From Bacilli bacterium (GTDB lineage: Bacteria > Bacillota_I > Bacilli_A > RF39 > UBA660): a stretch of 64,000 nucleotides of DNA. The notes under the pieces are model-generated. The model was not told where the DNA came from and did not search any database. It was given only the letters and a program-made list of their open reading frames with translations. Where the stretch lies: contig JAFWEE010000004.1 of NCBI GenBank assembly GCA_017515795.1, forward strand, positions 7,937 through 71,936, in the 5' to 3' direction. Below, piece after piece: positions 11,101 to 20,292 of this stretch; position 1 is the first letter of the stretch, and every line of letters starts with the position of its first letter. The translations under genes and the position numbers were made by a program.

Positions 11101-12703
11101 GATTACTAATTTATCTGCTGATGCAAATACTTCTATTAACCCTATAAAAGTAACTATTAAACCTAGTGAAAATAAATTTAGTGATACTTATAAAGTAAGT
11201 GCTGTTGGTGGATCTAGAACATTTATGCCTATTAATTCTAATGAATTATCGTTTGAAGTAATTAACAGAAAAATATCTGGAAGAGTATATATAGATGTAG
11301 ATGAAGATGGTGTAAAGCATGGTAATGAAAAACCACTTCAAAATATATCAGTAAGTTTATATAAAATAATTGATGAATTAAATCAAGAATTAGTTGATGA
11401 AACTCAAACATTAGAATCTGGAGTTTATACATTTGAAAACTTAGAAAAAGGATTCTATAGAGTAAGACTTGCATATGATAATGAAAATTATGATTTAACT
11501 CTTAGATATGCTACTGAAGATACTGATAAAGATTCAGATGCATATAAGATTAGTGAAGGACTTGCAGAAATATCTAATAAACATGATCCTAGTAAAGTGG
11601 ATGGTATTGATTTATATAACAATATTGAAGCTAATAATATGGATATGGGATTAATTAATAGAAGACCTTTCTCTATGGCAATAAAGAAATATATTACTAG
11701 AATAGATTTAAATTATAATGGTATTACTAATACTAAATTATATGAGAATTCATCAAAAGTATTATTAAGTTACAAGAATAGTTTAAAAGCCAGTTTAAAA
11801 GTATATTATGGATTTGAAATTACTAATGATTCTCAAGTAAAAGGATATGTTGATAATATATTTGAAGATATTCCTGAAGGATTATATTATGATTCAACTG
11901 AACCATATAATGAAGGGTGGGTATTAGTAGACAATAAACTACAAAATACTTCATATCAAAATCAAGTATTAGCTCCTGGAGAAAGCATATATGTTCAACT
12001 TGTACTTAATATGCCAACAAGGGAAGAAGCAGGAACATTCTTAAATAGAGTTAGTCTTGATATAAGAATGGCTGAAGAAGAAGTTGAACCAACTGAAGCT
12101 GGTTATTCAAACGGTACATCTTATGCTGTTGGTGAATATGTAGAATATGCTGGTTTAGGATGGCATGTAATAAATAGTACTCCAAGTGGAGATGAAGAAT
12201 TAGTTACATTATTGCTTGATTCTGAATATGCTACAACAAGTGGTACATTAGGATCTGATGTTTATAAACCAAGTAATATTGATATAGCTGTTAGTGATAG
12301 ATTATCTAGAGCATCTTCTATATTTGAAGACAATGTTATTTGTGATGATGCATCTGGTTTAGATAAAGGATCATATGGTGGAACACTTAAAGGTGGAAGC
12401 TGTACATCTAATCAATATGTAACTAGAAAGATAAGATTATTAACTGAGAGTGAATTTAATTTGCTAAGAAGAAGTCTAAGTGATATATCATGGTTAGTAG
12501 GAAATAAGAACTTCTATTTACAAAATTCTGTAAATATTCCAAATGATTATGATGATCATGGTGAAGTAATTAGAACTTATGTAGACAATGTAAGATTTGT
12601 TGATGCTAACATTGTTGCAGTAGGTCCTACTAAGATTACTCCAGTTAATAAATACTTTAGATATGTAATTACTATTAATAGTAAATATATAGTTAATAAT
12701 TAA
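8180..12703 (+). CDS. giant N-terminally anchored cell-surface protein (~1507 aa) with SdrD-B/prealbumin-like fold repeat
   Basis: RBS AGGTGA 5 nt before ATG 8180 (an in-frame GTG at 8171 is also possible). N-terminal signal anchor. GRVYIDVDEDGVKHGNE...GVYTFENLEKGFYRV motif. No C-terminal sorting signal. Confidence 0.6.
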   Translation: MKFIKKNKLFLVAIVLLLASIIFFVYNIKADSDDNKIGISYAEMTGIKTGTSSFDSSDGLNYGDTSNLHATSGYTAGKDASEDNAIVRSFDKITYNFELQIKNKDEFNQTSSLTAYSNKKILIKATISEDASKYVSFTENGKPGQTTYTYEINNVNEINGSRITSDISMYVLGAPNGVIIDPKFEIQESTNTDSEYVVTLGKKDNSTHYYSYDALRDTNYSSAADFYNYMPTVVSSSNTLNLNLELIEGESQKATYDSKIGRYMNYVLALTTTNSLKGKVMPKDDIVLNATFSQTGHERPILTEDFVRLFNGQQVLDINGFTLDAPYSATTLISRDKYTRNPGSVTVNNLTNNTFSLKISDYGMGYTYPTAYSNGNSIPSGKSYIGTYAITLFSPRVPEDGGSNIDVTLSFASTNVTLTSGTTSLNAVSKTSSNEAYEVKDYSLVTGLYEMDETKIAETNGEGAKSRGSEIQYITEFNYLSTSSNDGLKETIKIDPIAYRFMPYTSKEDIDIEVYCGNNRCQNINADDFEYKFVAGDFNASNYTAINHTTVDSRIKSEEANVIKNGCTTVKNNLANYNSDQIMNLYGGPCISENNPVYYDNISSAATADNEEVVLTKLIVQTKNGVNLPDNSKVVIKTKLRVRNVTDITKKYQVTAIATSSDYDNKITYYSPRVVNTSSSEDSVLNPNNYNKEFDNSLFGDSLTILSFEAKQNITVTNRRKDGQMKDNFNVVDNETIHFKVSTNLKDYALNVGADDAWYIKDLVFSVFIPDTLTYIPTNNTVNPERVDLVMGGTLLQYRIPYTKPNFEIPDVYFDAILSSDLTGNGNEIVISSQVFCYNINDEVVDYLSSSASLKIYGNGINNMIITLTNDSANRVEKDSEFSYYINAYNNTDSRIEDYMILNVLPANNDERGSTFSGDYKVHLDATSLNGANVLCTTEDYKNINKDVLDTETLFTDCSDIFNEGVYKEVSAIKITNLSADANTSINPIKVTIKPSENKFSDTYKVSAVGGSRTFMPINSNELSFEVINRKISGRVYIDVDEDGVKHGNEKPLQNISVSLYKIIDELNQELVDETQTLESGVYTFENLEKGFYRVRLAYDNENYDLTLRYATEDTDKDSDAYKISEGLAEISNKHDPSKVDGIDLYNNIEANNMDMGLINRRPFSMAIKKYITRIDLNYNGITNTKLYENSSKVLLSYKNSLKASLKVYYGFEITNDSQVKGYVDNIFEDIPEGLYYDSTEPYNEGWVLVDNKLQNTSYQNQVLAPGESIYVQLVLNMPTREEAGTFLNRVSLDIRMAEEEVEPTEAGYSNGTSYAVGEYVEYAGLGWHVINSTPSGDEELVTLLLDSEYATTSGTLGSDVYKPSNIDIAVSDRLSRASSIFEDNVICDDASGLDKGSYGGTLKGGSCTSNQYVTRKIRLLTESEFNLLRRSLSDISWLVGNKNFYLQNSVNIPNDYDDHGEVIRTYVDNVRFVDANIVAVGPTKITPVNKYFRYVITINSKYIVNN

Positions 12704-12704
12704 A

Positions 12705-12735
12705 AGGTATTATTTATAATACCTTTTTATTTTGA
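12705..12735 (+). terminator. rho-independent terminator
   Basis: AAGGTATTAT-TTAT-AATACCTTT stem followed by T-run. Confidence 0.5.
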
Positions 12736-12780
12736 CTAATTTGTGTTAAAATGATAGTAGGGTAAAAAGGTAGTGGTAAC

Positions 12781-14412
12781 ATGTTAAGTATTCAAGTTAA
12801 ATATAATGATAATAAGTATACCTTTAGTAAGGGAACAACTTTACTTGAAATATCTAAATCGTTTCAAAAAGACTTTAAAGATAAGATTATAATAGGAGAA
12901 ATAAATGGTATTTTAACTGAGTTAAATACTCCTGTTATGAATTCTTGTGATATTAGATTCTATGATAGAAATTCTAGCACAGGTAATAAAGTTTATGAAC
13001 TAGGACTTGTATTCATTCTAGTTAAAATCTTTAAAGATAGATTTAATAAAGATCTTAAAATAATTCATGCATTAGATAAGGGTATTTATATAAGATGTAA
13101 TGATGTTACTGAAAAAGATTTAGAATTAGCATCTAAAGAAATGAATAGACTTATTGAATTAGATTTACCTATAGATAAGTTATTAGTTAATAGAAAAGAA
13201 GCTATTAAGTATTATGCAAATCAAGGTGCTAAAGATAAAGTTGAGTTATTAAAATATAATACTAATACTAATATTAATTTATATAAATTTGATAATATGT
13301 ATGATTACTATTTTTATAATTTACCTATATCCACAGGATATTTAAAAGATTTTAAATTACATTATCTAAATGAAAATAGCTTTGTTCTATTATTTAGAAG
13401 TATTTATAATCCTAGATTAACTTATAAACATCATGAAAAGATGTTTGATGAATTTGAAAGATATTATGAATGGTGTTCTAATATGGGTATTACTAGTATT
13501 AGTAATCTAAATAGGGCAATAATAGATAATAAAATAAATGATATCATTATGTTATCTGAACTTCATCAAAATAATGAGTTATTTGAAATAGCTAAAGATG
13601 TGTATAATAAAAAATCTAGAATAGTATTAATATCTGGTCCTTCTTCATCAGGTAAAACTACTACTTGTAAGAAATTAGGTTTATATTTAAAATCATTTGG
13701 TTTAACACCAAAGTCTTTATCTATAGATGATTATTTTATTTCAAGAGATGAAACTCCTAAAAGAGAAGATGGCAGTTATGATTTTGAATGTCTTGGAGCA
13801 GTAGATACTAAATTATTTAATAAACATTTAGAAAAATTATTAAATGGAGAAAAGATAAAAACTCCTACATATAATTTTATTACTGGTAAACCAGAATATA
13901 TTACTGATCCAATAGAATTAAAAGAAAATGAAATACTTTTAATCGAAGGACTTCATGCATTAAATGATGAGTTAACTAAGAATATAAGTGATAAATATAA
14001 ATATAAAATATATATTTCACCACTTCCAATATTAACATTAGATAATCATAATAGAATTAAGATGACTGATGTTAGATTACTTAGAAGAATAGTAAGAGAT
14101 AATGAATCTAGAGGATATAATGCTTCTGATACTTTATCTCATTGGCCTTCTGTTAGAGAGGGGGAAGAAAAGAATGTGTTCCCTTTCCAAGAAGAAGCAG
14201 ATGTTGTATTTAATACAACATTAATATATGAATTAAGTGTGTTAAAAACATATGCTGAACCACTTTTATATGCTGTGGATGAAAGCGATGTTAATTATAA
14301 AGATGTTGTTAGATTACTTAATTTACTTAAATTAGTACTACCAATATCTAGTGAGAATATTCCAAGGGACTCTGTTATAAGAGAATTCATTGGGAATAGC
14401 ATTTTTAAATAG
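12781..14412 (+). CDS. uridine kinase-family P-loop NTPase with N-terminal TGS/ThrRS-like domains
   Basis: Walker A ISGPSSSGKTTT. Udk-like core. N-terminal ~250 aa resemble TGS and ThrRS second additional domains. Confidence 0.65.
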   Translation: MLSIQVKYNDNKYTFSKGTTLLEISKSFQKDFKDKIIIGEINGILTELNTPVMNSCDIRFYDRNSSTGNKVYELGLVFILVKIFKDRFNKDLKIIHALDKGIYIRCNDVTEKDLELASKEMNRLIELDLPIDKLLVNRKEAIKYYANQGAKDKVELLKYNTNTNINLYKFDNMYDYYFYNLPISTGYLKDFKLHYLNENSFVLLFRSIYNPRLTYKHHEKMFDEFERYYEWCSNMGITSISNLNRAIIDNKINDIIMLSELHQNNELFEIAKDVYNKKSRIVLISGPSSSGKTTTCKKLGLYLKSFGLTPKSLSIDDYFISRDETPKREDGSYDFECLGAVDTKLFNKHLEKLLNGEKIKTPTYNFITGKPEYITDPIELKENEILLIEGLHALNDELTKNISDKYKYKIYISPLPILTLDNHNRIKMTDVRLLRRIVRDNESRGYNASDTLSHWPSVREGEEKNVFPFQEEADVVFNTTLIYELSVLKTYAEPLLYAVDESDVNYKDVVRLLNLLKLVLPISSENIPRDSVIREFIGNSIFK

Positions 14413-14424
14413 GGAGGTATTGTT

Positions 14425-15426
14425 ATGATTAAAGTTGCTATTAATGGTTTTGGAAGAATAGGAAGATTGGCTCTTAGAAAGATGATAAATGATCCATTTT
14501 TTGATGTGGTTGCTATAAATGATTTAACTGATTCTAAATCGTTATCTTATTTATTTAAATATGATACTGCACATAGAGTATTTGATGGAGATGTAACTTA
14601 TAGTGAAGATAGTATTACTATTAATAATAAAACTATTAAAATACTTAAAGAACCAAATCCAGAAAACTTACCATGGAAAGAACTTGGTATAGATATAGTA
14701 CTTGAATGTACAGGATTATTTAAAACAAGAGAAAAAGCTAGTATGCATATTAATGCTGGTGCTAAAAAAGTATTAATATCTGCTCCTTCAGATAAAGATA
14801 TTACTACTATAGTATATGGTGTTAATGAAGATAAAATGACTGGTGAAGAAAGTATTTATTCTGCTGCTAGTTGTACTACAAATGCAATAGCTCCTGTATT
14901 AAAATTATTAAATGATAATTATAAAGTATTAGTAGGTTATATGAATACAGTTCATGCTTATACTAATGATCAAAGTTTATTAGATTTACCTAATAAGAAA
15001 GGTGATCTTAGAAGAGGTAGAGCAGCTGCTTCTAATATAGTACCAACTACTACTGGAGCTGCTAAAGCAATTGGAATAGTTATTCCTGAATTAGATGGAA
15101 AACTAATTGGTAGTGCTCTTAGAGTACCAACAGTATCTGGTTCAATAGCAGAATTAATTCTTAGATTAGAAAAGACTCCAACAGTAGATGAAATTAATAC
15201 TTTATTTAAAAATAAAGCTAATGAATCAATGGGATATGTAGAAGATGAAATTGTATCATCTGATATTATTTCTTCTACAGCAGGCTCTATATTTGATTCT
15301 ACATTAACTGAAATAATTCAAAACGGTGATGAAAGTCTTGTTAAAGTATGTGCTTGGTATGATAATGAAATGGGATATACATCACAATTAATTAGAGTTC
15401 TTAAATATCTAGGTGAAAGATTATGA
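14425..15426 (+). CDS. gap: glyceraldehyde-3-phosphate dehydrogenase
   Basis: NGFGRIGR Rossmann motif, active-site SCTTN, 333 aa. Confidence 0.95.
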   Translation: MIKVAINGFGRIGRLALRKMINDPFFDVVAINDLTDSKSLSYLFKYDTAHRVFDGDVTYSEDSITINNKTIKILKEPNPENLPWKELGIDIVLECTGLFKTREKASMHINAGAKKVLISAPSDKDITTIVYGVNEDKMTGEESIYSAASCTTNAIAPVLKLLNDNYKVLVGYMNTVHAYTNDQSLLDLPNKKGDLRRGRAAASNIVPTTTGAAKAIGIVIPELDGKLIGSALRVPTVSGSIAELILRLEKTPTVDEINTLFKNKANESMGYVEDEIVSSDIISSTAGSIFDSTLTEIIQNGDESLVKVCAWYDNEMGYTSQLIRVLKYLGERL

Positions 15427-15905
15427 CTTTAAAAGAAAAGTTAATATTTATGTTTAAAGGAACTACTCCTGGTGATAGTAATAGTAATGTTCCTAAAGAA
15501 CCTAAACAAAAGAAAGTAAGAGAAAAAAAGATTACTAGATTACAATTAATACTAGCAGGAATAGTATTATTAACTGTTCTAGTGGTATTTATAGTTATAA
15601 ATGTTAAAATTTCTAATAAGAACAAAGTATATCAAGAGTATGAAAAAGAGTTAGTAAATGCTGCTAATTTATATTATAGAAAGATGGATTATAAGATTAA
15701 AGATGGTACATCTGAAAGAATTAGTGTTAAAAAGTTAATATCAACTAACTTCTTAAATACTGATAGTAAACTTGTAGATAAGTGTGATGGATATGTTGAA
15801 TCAACTAGTGAAAAAGATTATGATAGTGGTAAGTATATAGTAACAAGAAAAGCATATATTAAATGTGGAAGTAAATATAAAACAGTTAATTATACTAGTT
15901 ATTAG
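15423..15905 (+). CDS. small membrane-anchored protein with C-terminal Cys/Tyr-rich module
   Basis: Start ATG overlaps gap stop (ATGA). One TM helix. C-terminal KCDGYV...C..KYKTVNY module shared with the next gene. Confidence 0.5.
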   Translation: MTLKEKLIFMFKGTTPGDSNSNVPKEPKQKKVREKKITRLQLILAGIVLLTVLVVFIVINVKISNKNKVYQEYEKELVNAANLYYRKMDYKIKDGTSERISVKKLISTNFLNTDSKLVDKCDGYVESTSEKDYDSGKYIVTRKAYIKCGSKYKTVNYTSY

Positions 15906-15913
15906 GAGGTAAT

Positions 15914-17269
15914 ATGGAAGTAGAGAAATTCTGGACGAAATTTAAATTAATAGTTCTAGGAGTTATCATAGGTATTATTGCCATTATATTTGGAATAGTA
16001 ATGCTTTATAGAAGTTCTATGAGAAAAAAATATATAATGCTTGAATCTCAAATTAATAACTCTGCATCAAACTATTTAGATATAGAAGATATAGAACTTG
16101 AAAAAGATGAATATAGAAAAATAGATATTAATTTAATTAAAGAAAAAAAATTAGTTACAAATTCTAATATTAAAGATTGTAAAGGATATGTTATTGCAAA
16201 GAATTCTAAAGGTAAAGAATTAAAAGAAGAATATGATTATAAAACATATTTAGCATGTAAAAATATATATAAAACTGTAGGTTATGGTAGTGAAACAACA
16301 GGTACTGAAAATAAAACTATTACTCAAACAGAAAATGATACTAAAGCACCTGAAATTAAATTACTTGGATCTGAAACTATGACTATAGCAATTGGAGAGG
16401 AATTTAAAGATCCAGGAGCTACAGCATATGATAAAGTTGATGGAGATATAACTAAGAAGATTAAAGCTAAAGGTGAAGTAGATGTTAATACAATAGGCGA
16501 ATATCTAATTACGTATACTGTTAGTGATAAGGCAGGAAATAGTGCTTCTAAAGAGAGAAAAGTAATTGTTAAAGAAGGAGAAATAGAAGATGGTAAAGAT
16601 ACTAATCCTCCAGTAATAACATTTATAAATCCAAATTCATATCAAAAAGTATGTCTTGGTGATAAAGTAGATATTAGTACTACAGGAACTTATGGATTTA
16701 CTGCATATGATGATAAAGATGGTAATATAACAAGCAGTGTAGTAATATCTGGGGATACAGGTTTACAAAGTAAAACAGGTACTTATACAATTAATTATTC
16801 TGTATTTGACCAAGCTAAGAATGCTACTACTGCTAGTAGAACTTATAGCGTTGTAGATTGTAGACAACCTGATCCTACACCAACTCCAACTCCAACACCA
16901 TCTGGTGGTGGAAATTCAGGAGGTAACTCAGGTGGTGGTTCAAGTGGAGGTTCTGGTGGTGGAAGTTCATCTTCATCATCATCATCTTCAGGTGGAACTA
17001 CAAGACCAGATGTAAATATTACTGTTAATGTAACAAGTATTTCTTGTGTTGATAGTATTACTTTAAATGTTGGTGCTAGTCAAAATCTTAATGCATCAGT
17101 ATTACCAAGTAATGCTACTAATAAAACATTATCTTATAGATCACTAAATGCAGGAGTTGCTTCTGTAGATGGAAATGGTACAGTAAGAGGTGTTTCTAGA
17201 GGAGAAACAAGAATAATTATTACATCTAGTAATAATGTACAAAAAGCTGTTTACATAGTTGTAAAATAA
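15914..17269 (+). CDS. membrane-anchored surface protein: Cys/Tyr module + 2x DUF5011-like Ig domains + PT/SG linker + Big_2 domain
   Basis: N-terminal TM. Two DUF5011-like segments (...DPGATAYDKVDGDIT...YTVSDKAGN...). PDPTPTPTPTPSGGG..SSSSSSSS linker. C-terminal Big_2-like domain. Confidence 0.6.
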   Translation: MEVEKFWTKFKLIVLGVIIGIIAIIFGIVMLYRSSMRKKYIMLESQINNSASNYLDIEDIELEKDEYRKIDINLIKEKKLVTNSNIKDCKGYVIAKNSKGKELKEEYDYKTYLACKNIYKTVGYGSETTGTENKTITQTENDTKAPEIKLLGSETMTIAIGEEFKDPGATAYDKVDGDITKKIKAKGEVDVNTIGEYLITYTVSDKAGNSASKERKVIVKEGEIEDGKDTNPPVITFINPNSYQKVCLGDKVDISTTGTYGFTAYDDKDGNITSSVVISGDTGLQSKTGTYTINYSVFDQAKNATTASRTYSVVDCRQPDPTPTPTPTPSGGGNSGGNSGGGSSGGSGGGSSSSSSSSSGGTTRPDVNITVNVTSISCVDSITLNVGASQNLNASVLPSNATNKTLSYRSLNAGVASVDGNGTVRGVSRGETRIIITSSNNVQKAVYIVVK

Positions 17270-17292
17270 GGGAATAATTATTCCCTTTTTTT
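17267..17292 (+). terminator. rho-independent terminator
   Basis: GGGAATAATTATTCCC stem followed by T7, directly after the 15914-17269 gene. Confidence 0.55.
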
Positions 17293-17318
17293 ATGCTATA
17301 ATTTATATAGGTGATAAT

Positions 17319-18446
17319 ATGAAAAGATTAGAGGATATCTCTATAGATAACAAAAGAGTTATTATTAGATGTGATTTAAATGTTCCAATAGAAAATGGAA
17401 TAATAAAAGATGATACGAGAATAGAAAAGGCTTTAAAGACTATTAAATATTGTTTAGAAAAAGCCTCTAAAGTAATAGTATTATCTCATTTAGGAAGAAT
17501 AAAAACTCCTGAAGATATGGCTAATAATAGTCTAAAAATAGTATGTAATAGATTAAGTGAATTATTAAATATAGATGTAGCATTTTGTAAATATGAAGAT
17601 GATATAAAAAGTATTATAGATAATAATAAAATAGTAATGTTTGAAAATACTAGATTCTTTGATTTAGATAATAATAAAGAAAGTAATGAAAATGAAGAAT
17701 TATCTAAATACTTTGCATCTTTTGGAGATATCTTTGTTAATGAAGCATTCTCATGTTCTCATAGAGAGTGTTCATCAATTACAGGTATATCTAAGATATT
17801 ACCATCTGTTAATGGATTTCAGGTATGCATAGAAATAGATAATTTATCTAAGTTATTAAATGATTATGAAAAACCATATACTATTTGTTTAGGTGGTAAA
17901 AAAGTATCTGATAAGATAGGTTTAATAGATAATTTAATAAATAAAGTAGATTATATATTAGTATCTGGTTTAATGGCTTATACATTCTTAAAAGCTAAAG
18001 GATATAATACTGGTAATAACTTTGTAGAAGAAGAAAAAATAGATTACTGTAAAGAGTTATTAGATAAATATAGTGATAAGATTATTCTCTCAGTAGATGC
18101 TTATACATCTAATAAAGAATATAAATTAGTAAGTGAATTAAATGATAATGATGAGTGCTTAGATATAGGAGAAAAAACAGTAGATTTATTTAAAACATAT
18201 TTAGAAAAATCTAAAACTATATTTATAAATGGACCATTTGGTTTATTTGAAAATGATGATTTTTCTAAAGGATCTAAGAGTATGTGTGAGGTATTTAAAT
18301 CTCTTAATTCTAGTATATATGCTGGTGGAGGAGAAACTACATATATGCTTAATAAATTTAATGTAGGAAATGTATTTATGTCTACTGGTGGAGGAGCTAC
18401 TTTAACTTATTTATCTACTGGTAAATTAATTGGTATTATAGAGTAG
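17319..18446 (+). CDS. pgk: phosphoglycerate kinase
   Basis: PGK N-terminal signature (..RCDLNVP..DDTRI..) and C-terminal GGGATL. Own promoter (TATGCTATAAT) and RBS. Confidence 0.9.
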   Translation: MKRLEDISIDNKRVIIRCDLNVPIENGIIKDDTRIEKALKTIKYCLEKASKVIVLSHLGRIKTPEDMANNSLKIVCNRLSELLNIDVAFCKYEDDIKSIIDNNKIVMFENTRFFDLDNNKESNENEELSKYFASFGDIFVNEAFSCSHRECSSITGISKILPSVNGFQVCIEIDNLSKLLNDYEKPYTICLGGKKVSDKIGLIDNLINKVDYILVSGLMAYTFLKAKGYNTGNNFVEEEKIDYCKELLDKYSDKIILSVDAYTSNKEYKLVSELNDNDECLDIGEKTVDLFKTYLEKSKTIFINGPFGLFENDDFSKGSKSMCEVFKSLNSSIYAGGGETTYMLNKFNVGNVFMSTGGGATLTYLSTGKLIGIIE

Positions 18447-18495
18447 TATTATTTTAAAAAATATGTTATTATATTTATATAATAGAGGTGTTTAT

Positions 18496-18939
18496 ATGAA
18501 AAGAATAAAAAGATTATTATCAATCAGTTTATTATTATTTTTAGTAGTTATGGTATCTGCTTGTTCAAAAAATTATAATTCAATTACATACAAAAGATTC
18601 CAAGAAAAAATGGGCGATGAATTGAATTATGCTATTACAGATAAAACTTTAACATATGAAGATATATATCAAAGATATTATAGTGCTATAAATAATGATA
18701 TTATTTTTACATTCTATGAGTTTAAAGATGAAGATAGTGCTAAAGACTTTGTAGAAAAGAATTATAATAAGAGAAAATATTATAGTTATAAAAGTACAGA
18801 TGATTATTCAGAAGTTAAATCAACTAAAACTGGATATTTTAGATTAATTCAAGTTGATAATATAATAATATCTGCTAGTAGTGAAAAATCTAGTGATAAG
18901 AGTGAAATAAATAAAGCATTTGAAAAATTAGGTTATTAA
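18496..18939 (+). CDS. lipoprotein, unknown function
   Basis: RBS AGAGGTG before ATG 18496. Signal peptide with lipobox MVSAC. Confidence 0.55.
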   Translation: MKRIKRLLSISLLLFLVVMVSACSKNYNSITYKRFQEKMGDELNYAITDKTLTYEDIYQRYYSAINNDIIFTFYEFKDEDSAKDFVEKNYNKRKYYSYKSTDDYSEVKSTKTGYFRLIQVDNIIISASSEKSSDKSEINKAFEKLGY

Positions 18940-18951
18940 GAGGACTCAAAA

Positions 18952-19551
18952 ATGTTTAAGAGAACTACGAATATAGTAATATTTGCTTTAATATTTGCTT
19001 TATATTTTATTTCATTTCTTATGTTATTTGATTCCTTTAGAGAAAGAAAACTAGCATCTTTAGAAAAGAAAGCATTAGATGAATTTGATAAGACTGTAAA
19101 AATAGAAGAAAAAGCACCTGAAGAAGTAAAAAAGACTTCTAGTAGTGTTAGTTATTCTGGATTTACTATATTAGGTAAAATAGAAATACCTAAAACAGGA
19201 TTTAATTCTGTTATTATAAAAGAAAATACATCTAAAGCAATGAATGTTGGAGTAGTTAAAACATATGGAGAAGCCGAAATAAATGAAGAAGGTGGATTTG
19301 TATTATCTGCTCATAACTTTAGAGGTAATGATGTATTCTTTTATAATATTAAGAATTTAAAATCAGGAGATATTATAAGAATAACTGATACATCAGGATT
19401 ACAATTAGAATATACAGTATATGAAACACTTAGAAATGTTAATCCTGAAGAAACAAGTTATTTAAATAAATTTGATGGTATTCATGCTACTTTAGTTACA
19501 TGTGAAAATGGTGGTAAAGCAAGAATAGTAGTAAAAGCTAGAGTTAACTAG
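18952..19551 (+). CDS. sortase (transpeptidase)
   Basis: N-terminal TM. Catalytic His (LSAHN), TLVTC Cys motif and conserved Arg (RIVVKAR). Confidence 0.8.
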   Translation: MFKRTTNIVIFALIFALYFISFLMLFDSFRERKLASLEKKALDEFDKTVKIEEKAPEEVKKTSSSVSYSGFTILGKIEIPKTGFNSVIIKENTSKAMNVGVVKTYGEAEINEEGGFVLSAHNFRGNDVFFYNIKNLKSGDIIRITDTSGLQLEYTVYETLRNVNPEETSYLNKFDGIHATLVTCENGGKARIVVKARVN

Positions 19552-19574
19552 CTTTTATTTTTAGGAGGTATAAT

Positions 19575-20291
19575 ATGTTTGGACATATAAATGCAAATAA
19601 AGAAGATATATCTAATTTAGTTTTAATATGTGGAGATCCTTTAAGAGCAAAAGCAATTGCAGAAAAGTATTTAAATAATTATAAAGAAGTATGTAATACT
19701 AGAAATATGCTTGGATACACAGGATATTATAAAGGTGTTAGAGTATCTATTATGTCTCATGGAATGGGTATTCCTTCAGCAGGCATTTATACTTATGAAT
19801 TATTTAATAATTATGATGTAGATTATATGATTAGATTAGGTACTGCAGGATCTTTTGTAAAAGACATTAAAGTAAGAGATATTGTTTTAACAAAAGAAAG
19901 TTTTTCTACATCTAATTATGCATATGAATATAATAAAGATACTTCTAAGATAATGAAATCAAATGAAGAATTAGATAATATAATAAAAGAAGAAGCAAGT
20001 AATAAAGGTATTAATTTAATTGAATCAAGAACTTTTACATCTGATTGTTTTTATGGAGAAACTAATAATATAGATTTAATTAGAGATAAATTTAATTGTA
20101 CTACTGTAGAAATGGAAAGTTTTGTTATATTTTATAATGCTAAATTATTTAATAAAAAAGCTTCTTGTTTATTAACAACAGTAGATTCTTATGCAGGTGA
20201 TAATACAGTATTATCTGATGAAGAAAAAGAAAGTGGTTTAAATGATATGATTAAACTAGCATTAGATTCTATTATTAAAGTAGGTAATTAA
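19575..20291 (+). CDS. deoD: purine nucleoside phosphorylase (DeoD type)
   Basis: PNP_UDP_1 family. ..CGDPLRAKAIAEKYL..GMGIPS.. closely matches DeoD. Confidence 0.85.
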   Translation: MFGHINANKEDISNLVLICGDPLRAKAIAEKYLNNYKEVCNTRNMLGYTGYYKGVRVSIMSHGMGIPSAGIYTYELFNNYDVDYMIRLGTAGSFVKDIKVRDIVLTKESFSTSNYAYEYNKDTSKIMKSNEELDNIIKEEASNKGINLIESRTFTSDCFYGETNNIDLIRDKFNCTTVEMESFVIFYNAKLFNKKASCLLTTVDSYAGDNTVLSDEEKESGLNDMIKLALDSIIKVGN

Positions 20292-20292
20292 T

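Noticed and set aside
16861-16990. PT/SG-rich stretch as a tandem repeat or variable-number repeat feature
   Set aside because: It is a short low-complexity inter-domain linker within one CDS, not an independent repeat element.
14425-18446. gap-pgk as an ordinary glycolytic operon
   Set aside because: Kept as features, but the intervening genes and the terminator/promoter before pgk show the classical operon is interrupted (reported as a finding instead).
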